Shown here in pieces: positions 18,830 through 29,695 of a DNA stretch of 64,000 nt. Below the pieces are notes generated by a model. The model was not told the DNA's origin. It ran no database searches and was given only the letters and a program-made list of their open reading frames with translations. The translations under genes and the position numbers were made by a program. Every line of letters begins with the position of its first letter. Position 1 is the stretch's first letter. Source of the stretch: an uncultured Atopobium sp. (GTDB taxonomy: Bacteria > Actinomycetota > Coriobacteriia > Coriobacteriales > Atopobiaceae); contig CAMPVF010000002.1 in NCBI GenBank assembly GCA_946997485.1, positions 95,987 through 159,986 on the forward strand, read 5' to 3'.

Positions 18830-21274
18830 ATGGTTACAACTGCTCATACACAGAACGTTTCGTCTGCGTTCGACGCTTATGAAGGCTTAAGCTCGGCGCA
18901 GGTTACCACGTGCATTCAGCAGGGGCTTTGCAATACCAATTCCGACATCAAAACAAAAAGCATCTCGCAAATTGTTGCCACGCACGCGCTTACCCTTTTT
19001 AATGTTGTAAACATTGTGCTTGCTATTTTGGTGCTTACAACAGGGCAGTTTCGCAATATCTTGTTTATGGTTATTGTGTTTCTCAACCTTGTGATTGGTA
19101 TTTCGCAAGAAATCCGCGCCAAGCTCCTTGTTGACAAGCTGTCTATTGTGAGTGCAAAAAAGGTGCGCGTTATTCGCGATCATATGCAGCAATCTATCCA
19201 TATAAACGATATTGTTCTCGGCGATTATGTGCTGTTATCCCGCGGTGAGCAGGCGCCCGCCGACGGCAGCGTTATCGCAGGTGCTGCGTCTATGGACGAA
19301 AGCTTGCTTACGGGCGAAAGTAATCCTATCGAAAAAACAACAGGCGCTCCCATTTACTCGGGTTCGTTTGTCGATTCGGGCAGCATGCTCTATAAGGTTG
19401 AGCATGTAGCAGGCGATTGTTATGCTGCTAAAATTAACAATGCGGCAAAATACGTAAAACCGCTTTCAAGCGAAATTGTTATTACAATAAAAACGATTAT
19501 TTCGTATGCAACAATGGTGCTTATTCCTCTTGGAATATTGTTGTTTATCCGTATGTTTTGCATCGATCATCAATCGTACAACGACGCTATTTTGCAAGCA
19601 GTAGCTGCTACGGTGGGGATGATTCCGCAAGGCTTGGTGTTGCTTACGTCTACCATTTTTGCTATAGCTACCACAAAGCTTGCCTATAAGCACGTGCTTG
19701 TTCAGCAAAGCTATTGTGTCGAAACGCTTGCGCGTGTTGATGTTGTGTGTCTTGATAAAACAGGAACCATTACCACAGGTCACATGCGTGTAACCCGTGT
19801 TATCGATGCTACAGGGAGCGATGATGAGGCACATACGCGTCCGCTTTGTCGCGCTGTGTCGGCTATTTCGTTTGCAACGCGTGATGCTGCCAATGAAACG
19901 GCACGCGCGCTTATCGACTTTGTGGATATTGCGTCCTTTAGCAGCGCCGATATTGCGCGTAGTATTCCGTTTTCGTCACGTACAAAATATTCCGGCTGCA
20001 TTACAACCGATGGACACGCGTATGTGATGGGTGCGCCTCAATTTGTATTGGGCGCGCGTGCGGACAACTACAACAGTGCTATCGAGTCGTTTGCTGCTAT
20101 GACACGTGTGCTTGTTGTTGCTGAGTGCGCGGGCTTTGATGACCATGGTCACATTGTGTACACGTGCCACGATGCCCGCGATGGCGCGTGCAACCATGCA
20201 TCTGAAGATGGCGTGCGCGTGCTTGGCTTTGTTGGTATTGCCGAGGAAATTCGCGAAAGTGCACCTTCTACCATTGCATATTTTAAGCAAGAGGGGGTAG
20301 ACGTGCGCGTTATTTCGGGCGATGACCCTCGCAGTGTTTCGCAAATTGCACAAACAGTGGGCGTTGTCGATGCCGATAAGTATATCGATTGCTCTTCGCT
20401 TGAAGGCGATGAGGCTATTTCGCGCGCTGCCATGCAGTATCACGTGTTTGGTCGCGTAACTCCGCAGATTAAACAGCGTTTAGTTACCGCGCTTCAGCAT
20501 CAGGGGCATATTGTTGCTATGACGGGCGATGGTGTAAACGACATCCTTGCCCTTAAAGAAGCCGATTGCTCTATTGCTATGGCACAAGGGTCGGCGGCTG
20601 CGCGCAATGTGTCTGAGCTCGTGCTTGCCGATAATGATTTTTCGCACATCCCCGACATTGTGGTTGAAGGTCGTCGCTCTATCAACAATCTGCAGCGTTC
20701 TGCTGCACTGTTTTTAACCAAAACGGTTTATTCGGGGCTGCTTGCACTTATCTGTTTGTTGTGTCCGCCTTATCCGTTTATCCCTATTCAAATGTCGCTC
20801 ATTAATGTTGCAGCCATTGGTTTGCCGTCATTTTTGCTTGCGCTTGAGGTAAATCGCGCGCGCGTTGAAGGCTCGTTTCTTGCGCACGTGCTGGTGCGAA
20901 GCATACCTGCGTCTATTGTTATCGTTGCGCAGCTTGTGTTTACGATGCTGTATGGCCGCGCCTGCGCTATTCCCGATAGCAGCATCTCCACGTTGTGCAT
21001 GATAGAAATGTCTTGTGTGGGCATCGCCCTTATCTTGCGCATCTCAACGCCGCTTAATGTGCTGCGTAGCTGCGTTCTGTTTTTCAGCATTGCTATTGTT
21101 ATAATTGGGTATACGTGCTTATCCGACTTTTTACGCATGGGCGCGCTTACGTCTTCAATGATGATGCTCTGTGCGGCAATCTCGCTTGTTGGCGTTGTGC
21201 TCTTTTTTGTGTTTTACGCGTATGCCGAAAAGCACTACCCACTTTTAGCTGAGCTTTCTTTAAAAAAGCGGTAG
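18830..21274 (+). CDS. cation-transporting P-type ATPase (E1-E2 type, likely Ca2+/Mg2+ class)
   Basis: CLDKTGTITTG phosphorylation motif, MTGDGVNDILALKEADCSIAM hinge motif, and 8-10 TM segments. An AGGAG RBS precedes the start. Confidence 0.85.
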   Translation: MVTTAHTQNVSSAFDAYEGLSSAQVTTCIQQGLCNTNSDIKTKSISQIVATHALTLFNVVNIVLAILVLTTGQFRNILFMVIVFLNLVIGISQEIRAKLLVDKLSIVSAKKVRVIRDHMQQSIHINDIVLGDYVLLSRGEQAPADGSVIAGAASMDESLLTGESNPIEKTTGAPIYSGSFVDSGSMLYKVEHVAGDCYAAKINNAAKYVKPLSSEIVITIKTIISYATMVLIPLGILLFIRMFCIDHQSYNDAILQAVAATVGMIPQGLVLLTSTIFAIATTKLAYKHVLVQQSYCVETLARVDVVCLDKTGTITTGHMRVTRVIDATGSDDEAHTRPLCRAVSAISFATRDAANETARALIDFVDIASFSSADIARSIPFSSRTKYSGCITTDGHAYVMGAPQFVLGARADNYNSAIESFAAMTRVLVVAECAGFDDHGHIVYTCHDARDGACNHASEDGVRVLGFVGIAEEIRESAPSTIAYFKQEGVDVRVISGDDPRSVSQIAQTVGVVDADKYIDCSSLEGDEAISRAAMQYHVFGRVTPQIKQRLVTALQHQGHIVAMTGDGVNDILALKEADCSIAMAQGSAAARNVSELVLADNDFSHIPDIVVEGRRSINNLQRSAALFLTKTVYSGLLALICLLCPPYPFIPIQMSLINVAAIGLPSFLLALEVNRARVEGSFLAHVLVRSIPASIVIVAQLVFTMLYGRACAIPDSSISTLCMIEMSCVGIALILRISTPLNVLRSCVLFFSIAIVIIGYTCLSDFLRMGALTSSMMMLCAAISLVGVVLFFVFYAYAEKHYPLLAELSLKKR

Positions 21275-21304
21275 GCGAGGCGTAGCGGTCTTACGCGCTT
21301 TTTG
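21262..21304. terminator. putative intrinsic terminator after ATPase gene
   Basis: AAAAAAGCG...GCGTAgcggtctTACGCgcTTTTT is a short GC stem flanked by complementary A- and T-runs. Confidence 0.35.
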
Positions 21305-21401
21305 CACCTGGTGCCGCCCGCAATTACGTGCAGGTTTGCTTCGCTTTGTGCACGCGGCTATGTACCTATGAGTGTGTATGTGGTTTTGAAAGGATTGTTT
21401 T

Positions 21402-22517
21402 GTGATTTGCCCTAGTTGTCAGGCACATATACCCGATACGGCGCTTCGCTGTCCTGCGTGTCGCGCCGATGTTGAACATACGCGCATGATGACGCGGCTG
21501 TCTGTGCGTTTTTGCAGTACCTGCGGAGCTACGCTTGAGCGCGATGCACACGTATGTTCACATTGCAATACGCCGTGTGAAGTCGCATTTCAACCACGTA
21601 TACCAGCAGCTGCGGCAAGCCACGCGCCACAAGCCGCGCCTGCTGTACCTGCTTCGTCTGATGTACGAAACGCTGCATCTACATCATCCGATGCAAAATT
21701 TATGGATAATGCTCGCGATTATACCCATGATAATGGCCACCGCGGCGATTCTGCACTCACAGCACCTGCATCGCGCCCGCAGCCATCGTCGCAGATAGTA
21801 AGTGCTATTCCAAGTGCTCCTGCGGCTAACGACATTACTTCACCTCACGACAGGTTTCCTCGCATGCGCATGCTTATATGGGCACTGGTGTGCGCCGTGA
21901 TATTTGTTACATCAACGGTGCTTGCTATTACGCACCCATGGAATCCGTATGCATATGATACTAAAGCACGCGTGGGACAAGACATGTCGCAAGCAGGTTC
22001 GCCGGGCGTTATTAAGGAGCTTTCGAGTCAAGATAAAAACAATGCCACTGACGGCGATGTAAAAGCCGATGACCAATCCTATGACCAGCTTAAAAGTGCC
22101 TACGAAAAGTTAGGAAAGCAGCAGGTTGCACTTAATGATCTCGAAAGCACATTTCGTAACGCTGTAGCTAATCAGCAAAGCGACTCCTACAGTGATATTG
22201 CATCACGTGTGCACGCTGCGTCGATTGCTGTAAGCAACATCATTGCGTCGGTGCAGCATGTACATGTAGAAACACACACCTACGAAGACGAAAAGTCGCG
22301 CCTTACTACTCTTGGAAACTGGCTTCGCAACTATTGTGATACGCTCTCTAAGCTTTGTGATTACGCAGCTAAACAGCCACGTGCGCGCGATTTGAAAGCG
22401 CGTGTTGATGCAAAATTGGGTACGGACGATTCAACAAATAATCAAGACACCTACAAAAATTTGTTTGAAACGCATTACGACGAATATAAACCCGTATATA
22501 AGGAGCCAAAAAAGTAG
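21402..22517 (+). CDS. double zinc-ribbon membrane protein of unknown function
   Basis: Four N-terminal CxxC pairs (CPSC, CPAC, CSTC, CSHC), a Pro/Ala/Ser linker, one TM helix and a polar extracytoplasmic C-terminal domain. GTG start. Confidence 0.6.
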   Translation: MICPSCQAHIPDTALRCPACRADVEHTRMMTRLSVRFCSTCGATLERDAHVCSHCNTPCEVAFQPRIPAAAASHAPQAAPAVPASSDVRNAASTSSDAKFMDNARDYTHDNGHRGDSALTAPASRPQPSSQIVSAIPSAPAANDITSPHDRFPRMRMLIWALVCAVIFVTSTVLAITHPWNPYAYDTKARVGQDMSQAGSPGVIKELSSQDKNNATDGDVKADDQSYDQLKSAYEKLGKQQVALNDLESTFRNAVANQQSDSYSDIASRVHAASIAVSNIIASVQHVHVETHTYEDEKSRLTTLGNWLRNYCDTLSKLCDYAAKQPRARDLKARVDAKLGTDDSTNNQDTYKNLFETHYDEYKPVYKEPKK

Positions 22518-22699
22518 GGGTGGGGCAGCTGCGCGTGTGCTCGCGGCCGTGCTAATTTGCCAAAAATGTGAATGTGCGCAAGGCTTGATATTATTAAACG
22601 AACTATAATAAGGTACTATAACGTACAAGTAAGGTATTATGCCCGTGATATACACGATGTGCTCACGTGCAGCATGTCCAAAACGAAATGAGGTTGCTC

Positions 22700-23242
22700 A
22701 TGCAAACATATACGCCTGCTTACCACGTATTAGGTGATGAGGTTGCTATTTTTGACACGACAAAAGGTACTATTGTTGTGCGTCTTGACGGAGAGGGCGC
22801 ACCTATTCATGTAGCAAACTTCTGTGAGCTTGCCCAAAGCGGATTTTATGACGATCTTAAGTTCCATCGCTACGTTCCCGGTTTTGTTATTCAGGGAGGC
22901 TGCCCCAATACGCGTTCAATGACGCCTCAGCAAGTTGCGGCGGGCGGCGCTGGCCCTGATGGCATACCTGGTACTGGTGGTCCTGGTTACTGCATTAAGC
23001 AGGAATTCACTACAAATCCGCGCAACTCGCATGAAGATGGCGCGCTCGCTATGGCGCGCTCGCAGATGCCCGATTCTGCAGGTTCTCAATTTTACTTTTG
23101 TCTAGGCGCTCAACATGAGCTCGATTCGGGTTATACTGTATTTGGACAAACTATTGAAGGCAAGGATGTAATCGGACGTCTTCGTCAAGGCGACGGTATC
23201 AACAGCATTCGCATTGAGCATCGTGCTCCTTCCGTTCAATAA
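22700..23242 (+). CDS. peptidyl-prolyl cis-trans isomerase, cyclophilin type
   Basis: HRYVPGFVIQGGCP and FGQTIEGKDV cyclophilin motifs. GAGG RBS sits 6 nt before the ATG at 22700, and the ORF track opens at 22667. Confidence 0.85.
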   Translation: MQTYTPAYHVLGDEVAIFDTTKGTIVVRLDGEGAPIHVANFCELAQSGFYDDLKFHRYVPGFVIQGGCPNTRSMTPQQVAAGGAGPDGIPGTGGPGYCIKQEFTTNPRNSHEDGALAMARSQMPDSAGSQFYFCLGAQHELDSGYTVFGQTIEGKDVIGRLRQGDGINSIRIEHRAPSVQ

Positions 23243-23279
23243 TTCATTTGTTTAACCATTGTTTCCCAAAGGAGACACC

Positions 23280-24593
23280 GTGAATCAACAAGCATATGAA
23301 CGCGCTAAACAAGCGTATCAACAAGGCAATATACCCGAGGCTATCGCCTCGCTTACGGCTGCAAAGAACCCCGGTGAGCTTTGTGGTCAGGTCGATCACT
23401 TGTTAGGTAATTGCTACATGAAGATGTCGCAATTTGAGCGCGCTGCGTTTGCGTATGGCGATGCGCTGCGTGATAGTTCCTATGGTCATGTAGGATCTGT
23501 TGCGTGTAACCGTGGTCGCGCCTTTTTAGCAGCACATAAGCCGCAAGATGCTATTGCGTCGCTTACCTGCGCGCTTAAAGATGAAACATATAAAACACCC
23601 TATAAGGCATATATGGCGCTCGGTAGTGCATATATGTCGCTTAACAATACGCGTGATGCGGGCGTTGCCTATAGAAGCGCTGCTATCGACGCTGCAAACC
23701 CCAAGCCGGCCGAAGCACTGAAGCACCTTGGTCGCTGCTTTATTTTACTTGGTCGTGCTGTCGATGCTATCGAGGCCTATCGTACCGCTCTCGATTTTGC
23801 AACGCCGCTCGCCGATCAGCATGCCATTTATGCCGATTTGGGATTGGCCTACATTGCTGCAAACCGTATGAGTGAAGCGGTTGATGCCTTCAATCACGCA
23901 GTTAAAGATGGCAATTTTACGCTTTCGCAAGAGCAGCAAAAAGCATTTGATGCTGCCCGCAAAGCGCTGTCAAACGCAACCGGTTCAGGTCCTTCCGAAA
24001 CCGATGCGCTGCTTGCAGCTGCTGGATATGGCTCATCTTCCATGGTTGATCCTCTCGATCCAACAGGTAAATCGGGCGCATTTATGCCGTCACCTGAGGA
24101 CACCGGATTTTTCTCAATTAAAGAAGAAGATCTTGTTCAGCAAGACAAAGAACAACGCAAGGTGCGCCGCAAAAAGCACCATGGCGGGCTTATCGCTTTT
24201 TTGGTGATAGTGCTTATTCTCCTTTTGGCTGCTGGTGGTGTGTGCTTTGCCTTTTATAAAGGGTATGGCTGGCCAACTCAAGAAACCATTACCAAAGAGC
24301 TGTTTTCCTCTGTTTCGCAGGGTAAATCTACTGCGCCTTTGTTGTCTAGCCAGGTAAGCATGGCAACTAAGCAATCAATTGAGTCGCTGCTTCCGCGCGA
24401 TGGCGCTACGGTTGATATTAAAGGTATCGATCGCGATATGAACAGCTCAACCATTTATGCAACAGCCACGCTTTCAAAAGGTGGAAAGCAAGATTACACC
24501 ATTAATTTTGTGCGCGAAGGTATTGAGTGGAAAGTAAGCGATGTAACTGTTGAGTATGCATCTAAAACTTCTACAAGCTCTACGTTGTCATAA
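23280..24593 (+). CDS. TPR-repeat membrane protein (cytoplasmic TPRs, one TM, small extracellular domain)
   Basis: Several TPR-like helical repeats, a TM segment LIAFLVIVLILLLAAGGVCFAFY, and AAAGGAGA before the GTG at 23280. Confidence 0.65.
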   Translation: MNQQAYERAKQAYQQGNIPEAIASLTAAKNPGELCGQVDHLLGNCYMKMSQFERAAFAYGDALRDSSYGHVGSVACNRGRAFLAAHKPQDAIASLTCALKDETYKTPYKAYMALGSAYMSLNNTRDAGVAYRSAAIDAANPKPAEALKHLGRCFILLGRAVDAIEAYRTALDFATPLADQHAIYADLGLAYIAANRMSEAVDAFNHAVKDGNFTLSQEQQKAFDAARKALSNATGSGPSETDALLAAAGYGSSSMVDPLDPTGKSGAFMPSPEDTGFFSIKEEDLVQQDKEQRKVRRKKHHGGLIAFLVIVLILLLAAGGVCFAFYKGYGWPTQETITKELFSSVSQGKSTAPLLSSQVSMATKQSIESLLPRDGATVDIKGIDRDMNSSTIYATATLSKGGKQDYTINFVREGIEWKVSDVTVEYASKTSTSSTLS

Positions 24594-24728
24594 ACCACAG
24601 CGCCGTGTGTGCCCAGCCGTGCAGCCTTGCAGCCGTGCATGATGCCTGGTATTGCTGTTGTTTATGTGCTGCACCACCTGCACACCATGCGTGCATCGTG
24701 ACGTCCGTATTCTAGCGTAAGGAACACT

Positions 24729-25772
24729 ATGTCTCTGTTCGATTCATTTTTTGGCGAATATGAAGGCGATTTAGCCATCGATTTGGGTACAGCCAACACG
24801 CTTGTTGCCGTGCGTGGCCAGGGCATCGTGCTTAATGAGCCGTCTGTTGTTGCTATCGATAAAAGCGAAGATCGCGTGCTTGCGGTTGGCGCCGATGCAA
24901 AACGTATGATTGGTCGTACACCAGGCTCTATTACTGCCGAGCGCCCACTGAAGGATGGCGTTATTGCCGATTTTGATGTAACTGAAGTTATGTTGCGCTA
25001 CTTTATCGAAAAGGCGCGCGGTAAGCGTCGTCATCCCTGGAGCCCGCGTCCAAGCGTGGTTGTTTGTGTTCCTTCGGGCGTAACGTCAGTAGAAAAACGC
25101 GCCGTGTTCGAGGCAACCATTTCTGCTGGTGCGCGTCAAGCATACCTTATCGAAGAGCCTATGGCGGCTGCTATTGGTGCCGATTTACCTATCGAAGACC
25201 CAACCGGATCGATGGTTGTTGATATTGGTGGTGGTACTACCGAGGTTGCCGTTATTGCTATGGGCGGTATTGTTGTGTCGCAGTCCATTCGTACAGCGGG
25301 CGATGAATTCGATCAAACTATTCTTGAACATGTGCGCGATGCTTACAATTTGTCGATTGGTGAGCGCACTGCCGAGGACATTAAAATTAAAGTTGGTAGT
25401 GCTGCTCCTCTTGCAGAAGAGCTCGATGTTGAGGTAAACGGCCGCGACGTTATGAGTGGTTTGCCAAAAACCGTACGTATCGAAAGCGAAGAAATTCGTC
25501 GTGCGCTCGACAAACCGTTGGACGAAGTTACCAAAACGGTAAAAGATGCGCTCGACCTTACGCCTCCCGATCTTGCCAGCGACCTTATGTACTACGGCGT
25601 ACTCCTTACCGGCGGTGGCGGTTTGCTGCGCGGGCTCGACCAGCGCCTTCGCGACGAAACCGGTGTACCCGTTAATGTAAGTCCTACCTCACTTGAAAAC
25701 GTTGTAAACGGTTGCGCAAAGGTGCTTGAAGCAAATGCTCTTTCGGGCGGTTTTGTACAAAGCTCCAATTAG
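24729..25772 (+). CDS. mreB: rod shape-determining actin homologue MreB
   Basis: DLAIDLGTANTLV and the actin ATPase fold, 347 aa. Confidence 0.9.
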   Translation: MSLFDSFFGEYEGDLAIDLGTANTLVAVRGQGIVLNEPSVVAIDKSEDRVLAVGADAKRMIGRTPGSITAERPLKDGVIADFDVTEVMLRYFIEKARGKRRHPWSPRPSVVVCVPSGVTSVEKRAVFEATISAGARQAYLIEEPMAAAIGADLPIEDPTGSMVVDIGGGTTEVAVIAMGGIVVSQSIRTAGDEFDQTILEHVRDAYNLSIGERTAEDIKIKVGSAAPLAEELDVEVNGRDVMSGLPKTVRIESEEIRRALDKPLDEVTKTVKDALDLTPPDLASDLMYYGVLLTGGGGLLRGLDQRLRDETGVPVNVSPTSLENVVNGCAKVLEANALSGGFVQSSN

Positions 25773-25783
25773 CGGAGGTGCTC

Positions 25784-26980
25784 ATGCCTTCACTCTTTGA
25801 GCGCGCAAAACACCGTGGAACTATTGCGCGCCCTCAAGATAATGCTCTGCGCACCCTTATAGTGTGTGTTGTGCTTTCTGTTGCATTGCTCATTGTTACC
25901 ACAAGAAGTTTTGCGCAAGCGCCAATTATGGGTGTGCGCAGTGTTGCCGCGGTGGTTGCTATGCCTGTGCAGTATGTTGCTGCCCTGGTGGGCGCACCTT
26001 TTCGTGCAGCTGGCACATGGTTTGGTAATGCCGGCGCTGATAGTCAAACACTCTCTGAACTGCAAGAAGAAAACGCCAAACTTACCTCTCAAATAGCTGA
26101 GCTCAAAGAAACCGCCCTTACCGCACAACGCTTGCAAGATTTGCTTGCGCTCAAAAGTTCATACAATTTGCAATCGGTTGCCGTGCGCATTATTGCAGGC
26201 TCGCATACCTCGTGGGAATCAACCGTTACCATCGATAAAGGATCTGCGCATGGTCTTCGCGTGGGTATGCCGGTAGTCGATTCTAACGGCGCTATCGGTC
26301 AAATTATCGAATGTGATGCAACTTCGTCTATTGTGCGTCTTATCTCCGATGAAAAATCGAGCATTTCTGCCATGATCCAGTCGAACCGCGCGCAAGGCAT
26401 TATTCAAGGCTCTATTGACGGTACCGTTAAGCTGCGCTTTATTAACACCAACCTCGAAGCACATGTTGGCGATATTGTTGTAACGAGCGGCCTTGGTGGT
26501 ATTTTCCCCAAAGGTATTCCTATCGGTAAAATTGCATCGGTGAATAAAACCCCAGGATCGCTGTATTACGACATTCGTATAACGCCCTTGTCGCAAACCG
26601 AAAATCTTGAAGAAGTGCTTGTTGTAACGTCGCTTACCGAAGAGCAAAAAGCCACTGATAGCGATATGGCAAAAGCAAATGAGCAGGATACTGCCACCAA
26701 TCAAGATGTTGCTTCGATAAAAGAGCGCCCCGTGTCTACAACGAATGCCCTCGATGCACATGCACCTGCGAACAATGGCGAAAGCAAGGATGCACATGGT
26801 AAGGACGCCTCGTCGTCTCACACGCAGCAGGGCAAAAAGCCATCAGGCGATAATGCTCCAAGCAACAAATCATCTGCAGACGCAGCTAACAAAAAGGCAC
26901 AATCGGGCTCATCTGCCGGTGGTTTTATAATGCCAAGCTGGCCTTTTGCGGCCGTGCATCTAAGCGAAAAGGAGCACTAG
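25784..26980 (+). CDS. mreC: rod shape-determining protein MreC with low-complexity C-terminal tail
   Basis: An N-terminal TM, a coiled coil (LSELQEENAKLTSQIAELKE) and an MreC beta domain. The C-terminal ~115 aa are rich in S/K/A/D. Confidence 0.8.
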   Translation: MPSLFERAKHRGTIARPQDNALRTLIVCVVLSVALLIVTTRSFAQAPIMGVRSVAAVVAMPVQYVAALVGAPFRAAGTWFGNAGADSQTLSELQEENAKLTSQIAELKETALTAQRLQDLLALKSSYNLQSVAVRIIAGSHTSWESTVTIDKGSAHGLRVGMPVVDSNGAIGQIIECDATSSIVRLISDEKSSISAMIQSNRAQGIIQGSIDGTVKLRFINTNLEAHVGDIVVTSGLGGIFPKGIPIGKIASVNKTPGSLYYDIRITPLSQTENLEEVLVVTSLTEEQKATDSDMAKANEQDTATNQDVASIKERPVSTTNALDAHAPANNGESKDAHGKDASSSHTQQGKKPSGDNAPSNKSSADAANKKAQSGSSAGGFIMPSWPFAAVHLSEKEH

Positions 26981-26981
26981 T

Positions 26982-27647
26982 ATGCGACTTGCAACGCACT
27001 CATTAGCTCCACGATCACTTACGTTATGTGCGCTTATCTGCTTTATTATCCACTTAGCGTTTGTACCTGCTATTACGCTTGGAGCGGGACATATTCACAT
27101 GGCGCTTATCTTTACCGGCCTTGTAAGCTTAAGTGAAGGCGGCACACGTGGCATTTGGGCAGGCTTTTTTTCGGGCTTGTTGTTTGATATATATGCGCCT
27201 GGTGCATGGGGCATGCTCAGTTTGTTACTCTGCATCGCTGCCTTTTGTTTGGGCGCCGACCAGCGCAATCGCATACAAGACAATCTCCTTGTGGCGTCAT
27301 CGCTGTTTTCTGCCGCGTGCCTTGCTGTTGTTGTTGTTCAGCTTATATGTATGCTTGCTGCAGGGTATGTAACCGATTTTATTGCAGCGCTCATCTACCG
27401 CGTGCTGTCGGTGTGGATTTTAACATCGCTTGCTTTTGTTCCTGCCGCATGGTTGTATCGAAAATATGTTGCTGCACCTGCGCTTGAGGGTTCTCACGCG
27501 CGTCCCAGCAACGCTCAATCGCTCAGCGCGCACATTGCATCAAGCATTGCAACTACCTTTTCAAAAAAGCGCACGGTTGCTCACATGCCTCATTCTCATT
27601 CAAAACTGCGCGTCTCTTACAAAAGTCGCTATAAGCTGCGCGGGTAG
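26982..27647 (+). CDS. mreD: putative rod shape-determining protein MreD (polytopic membrane protein)
   Basis: A 5-TM small membrane protein directly downstream of mreC and upstream of PBP2. The call rests mainly on position. Confidence 0.55.
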   Translation: MRLATHSLAPRSLTLCALICFIIHLAFVPAITLGAGHIHMALIFTGLVSLSEGGTRGIWAGFFSGLLFDIYAPGAWGMLSLLLCIAAFCLGADQRNRIQDNLLVASSLFSAACLAVVVVQLICMLAAGYVTDFIAALIYRVLSVWILTSLAFVPAAWLYRKYVAAPALEGSHARPSNAQSLSAHIASSIATTFSKKRTVAHMPHSHSKLRVSYKSRYKLRG

Positions 27648-27652
27648 GGCTT

Positions 27653-29695
27653 ATGAGTGTTGTTGGTCTTATCGTTATAGTTCTTGCCTGTCTTCTTATT
27701 GCGTTTCTTGTTGTCTTTATTGTACTTGGCAAGCGCTCAAAAAAGTTTACGTTTGATATTGGAGGATCGGTACCGCGCGCGGCAGGTGGGGTGCAGGTGT
27801 CGCCGCACAGTACGTTCAAAACGCGCATAATCGCATGTCAAGTGGCATGTGGCGCCGTTATTGCAACGCTTGCAACACGGCTGTGGAATATGCAGCTTCT
27901 CTCAAACGAGTCGTATATTAAGCAAGCCGAAATGAACCGTACACGCACGATTGCCCTTACTGCAGCACGCGGCCGTATCCTCGATCGCAATGGCGAAGTG
28001 CTTGTGGCAAACCGCCCGTCGCTTTGCGTGTGCGCGCAGCCGCACGTACAAGACGACTCCATCGAAGTGCGTCTTTTATCCAACCTTGTTGGCATCCCTG
28101 AGCAGGTTATTCGTCTTAAAATACAAGATACGGCACAAGGTCCACAAAAACCGCGCTGTATTGCAGTTGATATTTCACGCCGCGTGGTGGCGTTTGTGAG
28201 TGCGCACCAATCGGTGTTTGAGGGCGTGTACATTGAAGATCGCTCTCAGCGCTCCTATCCAAAGGGGAGCCTAGCTGCGCATGTACTTGGCTATACGGGT
28301 GCTATTACCGAAGAGCAAATTAAAGCGGCTGCTCAAAACCAAGACCCCGACGCCAGCGATGGTAGCATTACCTACGAAACGGGCGACATTGTGGGGCAGG
28401 CGGGTGTAGAAGCGCAGTACGAAAACGTGCTTCAGGGCATCAAAGGTGAACAAGTTGTGCACGTAGATGCCGATGGTAACATTCTTAACCGGAGCGGCTC
28501 TGTTGATGCGCAAGCGGGCTCTGATGTCGTGCTTACGCTCGATTCAAAGGTGCAACAAGCTGCAGAAACGGCACTTCAAACACATCTTACGAGGCTTCAG
28601 CAAAGCGGACGCAGCGATTGTCGTTCGGGCTGCGCGCTTGTTGTAGATGTAACGAATGGCGATATCATCGCTCTTGCATCGGCGCCAACGTTTTCGCCCA
28701 ACGTGTTTGTAGGCGGCATTTCAAACGACGATTGGGATGCACTTAGCAGTCCTACCAGCAACAACCCGCTCCTCAACCGTGCTATTGGTGGACTGTATCC
28801 TTCGGCATCAACCATAAAACCCCTAAGTGCTATAGCCGCGCTCAATTATGGCATTTCCACGTTTCAGTCAACCTACATGTGTACGGGTTTTTGGACGGGC
28901 TTTGGTAAAAACTATGGTCAGTACTGCTGGCTTCACACAGGGCACGGATCTATGACTTTGCAATCGGGCATTACTTATTCGTGCGACGTGGTATTTTACG
29001 AGGTAGGCAAGGGCTTTTTTAATTCGTCCGATAACGAAGGTTTGCAAAAAACCTTTAAGCGCTATGGTTTGGGTGCATTGACTAATATCGATTTGCCGGG
29101 CGAAGTTGCAGGACGTATTCCCGATGCTGCCTGGAAAGAGCAATACTTTTCGTCTTACGACGCACAAGCGCGCGCGTGGCGTGGCGGCGATTTAACCAAC
29201 CTTGCCATCGGGCAGGGCGATTTACTTATTACGCCGCTGCAGCTTGCAAGTGCTTACTGCGCGATTGCAACGGGTGGCACGTGTATGAAACCGCATATTT
29301 TAAAGTCGATAAAGTCGAGTACAAATTCTGGCTCGGTTATCGATTATAAGCCTGAAGTTCGCTTTACCGTTACCGAAGACGAACCTACGATGTCGATGAT
29401 TCACACAAGCCTTACGGGCGTTGTCTATGAAGAGTCGCAGGCGCAGGCCGCTCATTTTACCAATATGAAGGAAAAAATAGCTGGTAAAACGGGTACTGCC
29501 GAAACCAATAAAAAAGATCCAACTGGCTGGTTTGTGGCATATGCGCCCGCCGATAAGCCGCAATACGTTGTTGTGTCGCTTATCGAAAACGGTGGGTTTG
29601 GTGGTGATAGTGCGCTGTATGTTGTGCGCGACATACTCGGTGCGCTGTATAACGAGCCCGATACGGCGTCTATTGGCAAAGCAACGAGAGACTAG
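27653..29695 (+). CDS. mrdA: penicillin-binding protein 2 (elongasome transpeptidase)
   Basis: An N-terminal TM, a PBP dimerisation domain, and a transpeptidase domain with the SxxK, SxN and KTGT motifs (KTGTAE). Confidence 0.85.
   Translation: MSVVGLIVIVLACLLIAFLVVFIVLGKRSKKFTFDIGGSVPRAAGGVQVSPHSTFKTRIIACQVACGAVIATLATRLWNMQLLSNESYIKQAEMNRTRTIALTAARGRILDRNGEVLVANRPSLCVCAQPHVQDDSIEVRLLSNLVGIPEQVIRLKIQDTAQGPQKPRCIAVDISRRVVAFVSAHQSVFEGVYIEDRSQRSYPKGSLAAHVLGYTGAITEEQIKAAAQNQDPDASDGSITYETGDIVGQAGVEAQYENVLQGIKGEQVVHVDADGNILNRSGSVDAQAGSDVVLTLDSKVQQAAETALQTHLTRLQQSGRSDCRSGCALVVDVTNGDIIALASAPTFSPNVFVGGISNDDWDALSSPTSNNPLLNRAIGGLYPSASTIKPLSAIAALNYGISTFQSTYMCTGFWTGFGKNYGQYCWLHTGHGSMTLQSGITYSCDVVFYEVGKGFFNSSDNEGLQKTFKRYGLGALTNIDLPGEVAGRIPDAAWKEQYFSSYDAQARAWRGGDLTNLAIGQGDLLITPLQLASAYCAIATGGTCMKPHILKSIKSSTNSGSVIDYKPEVRFTVTEDEPTMSMIHTSLTGVVYEESQAQAAHFTNMKEKIAGKTGTAETNKKDPTGWFVAYAPADKPQYVVVSLIENGGFGGDSALYVVRDILGALYNEPDTASIGKATRD

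Noticed and set aside
18576-18890. 104-aa plus-strand ORF with one hydrophobic segment in the tRNA/ATPase divergent intergenic region
   Set aside because: It overlaps the ATPase RBS and start. It has no RBS of its own and low-complexity A/C-rich composition, so it probably covers the promoter region.
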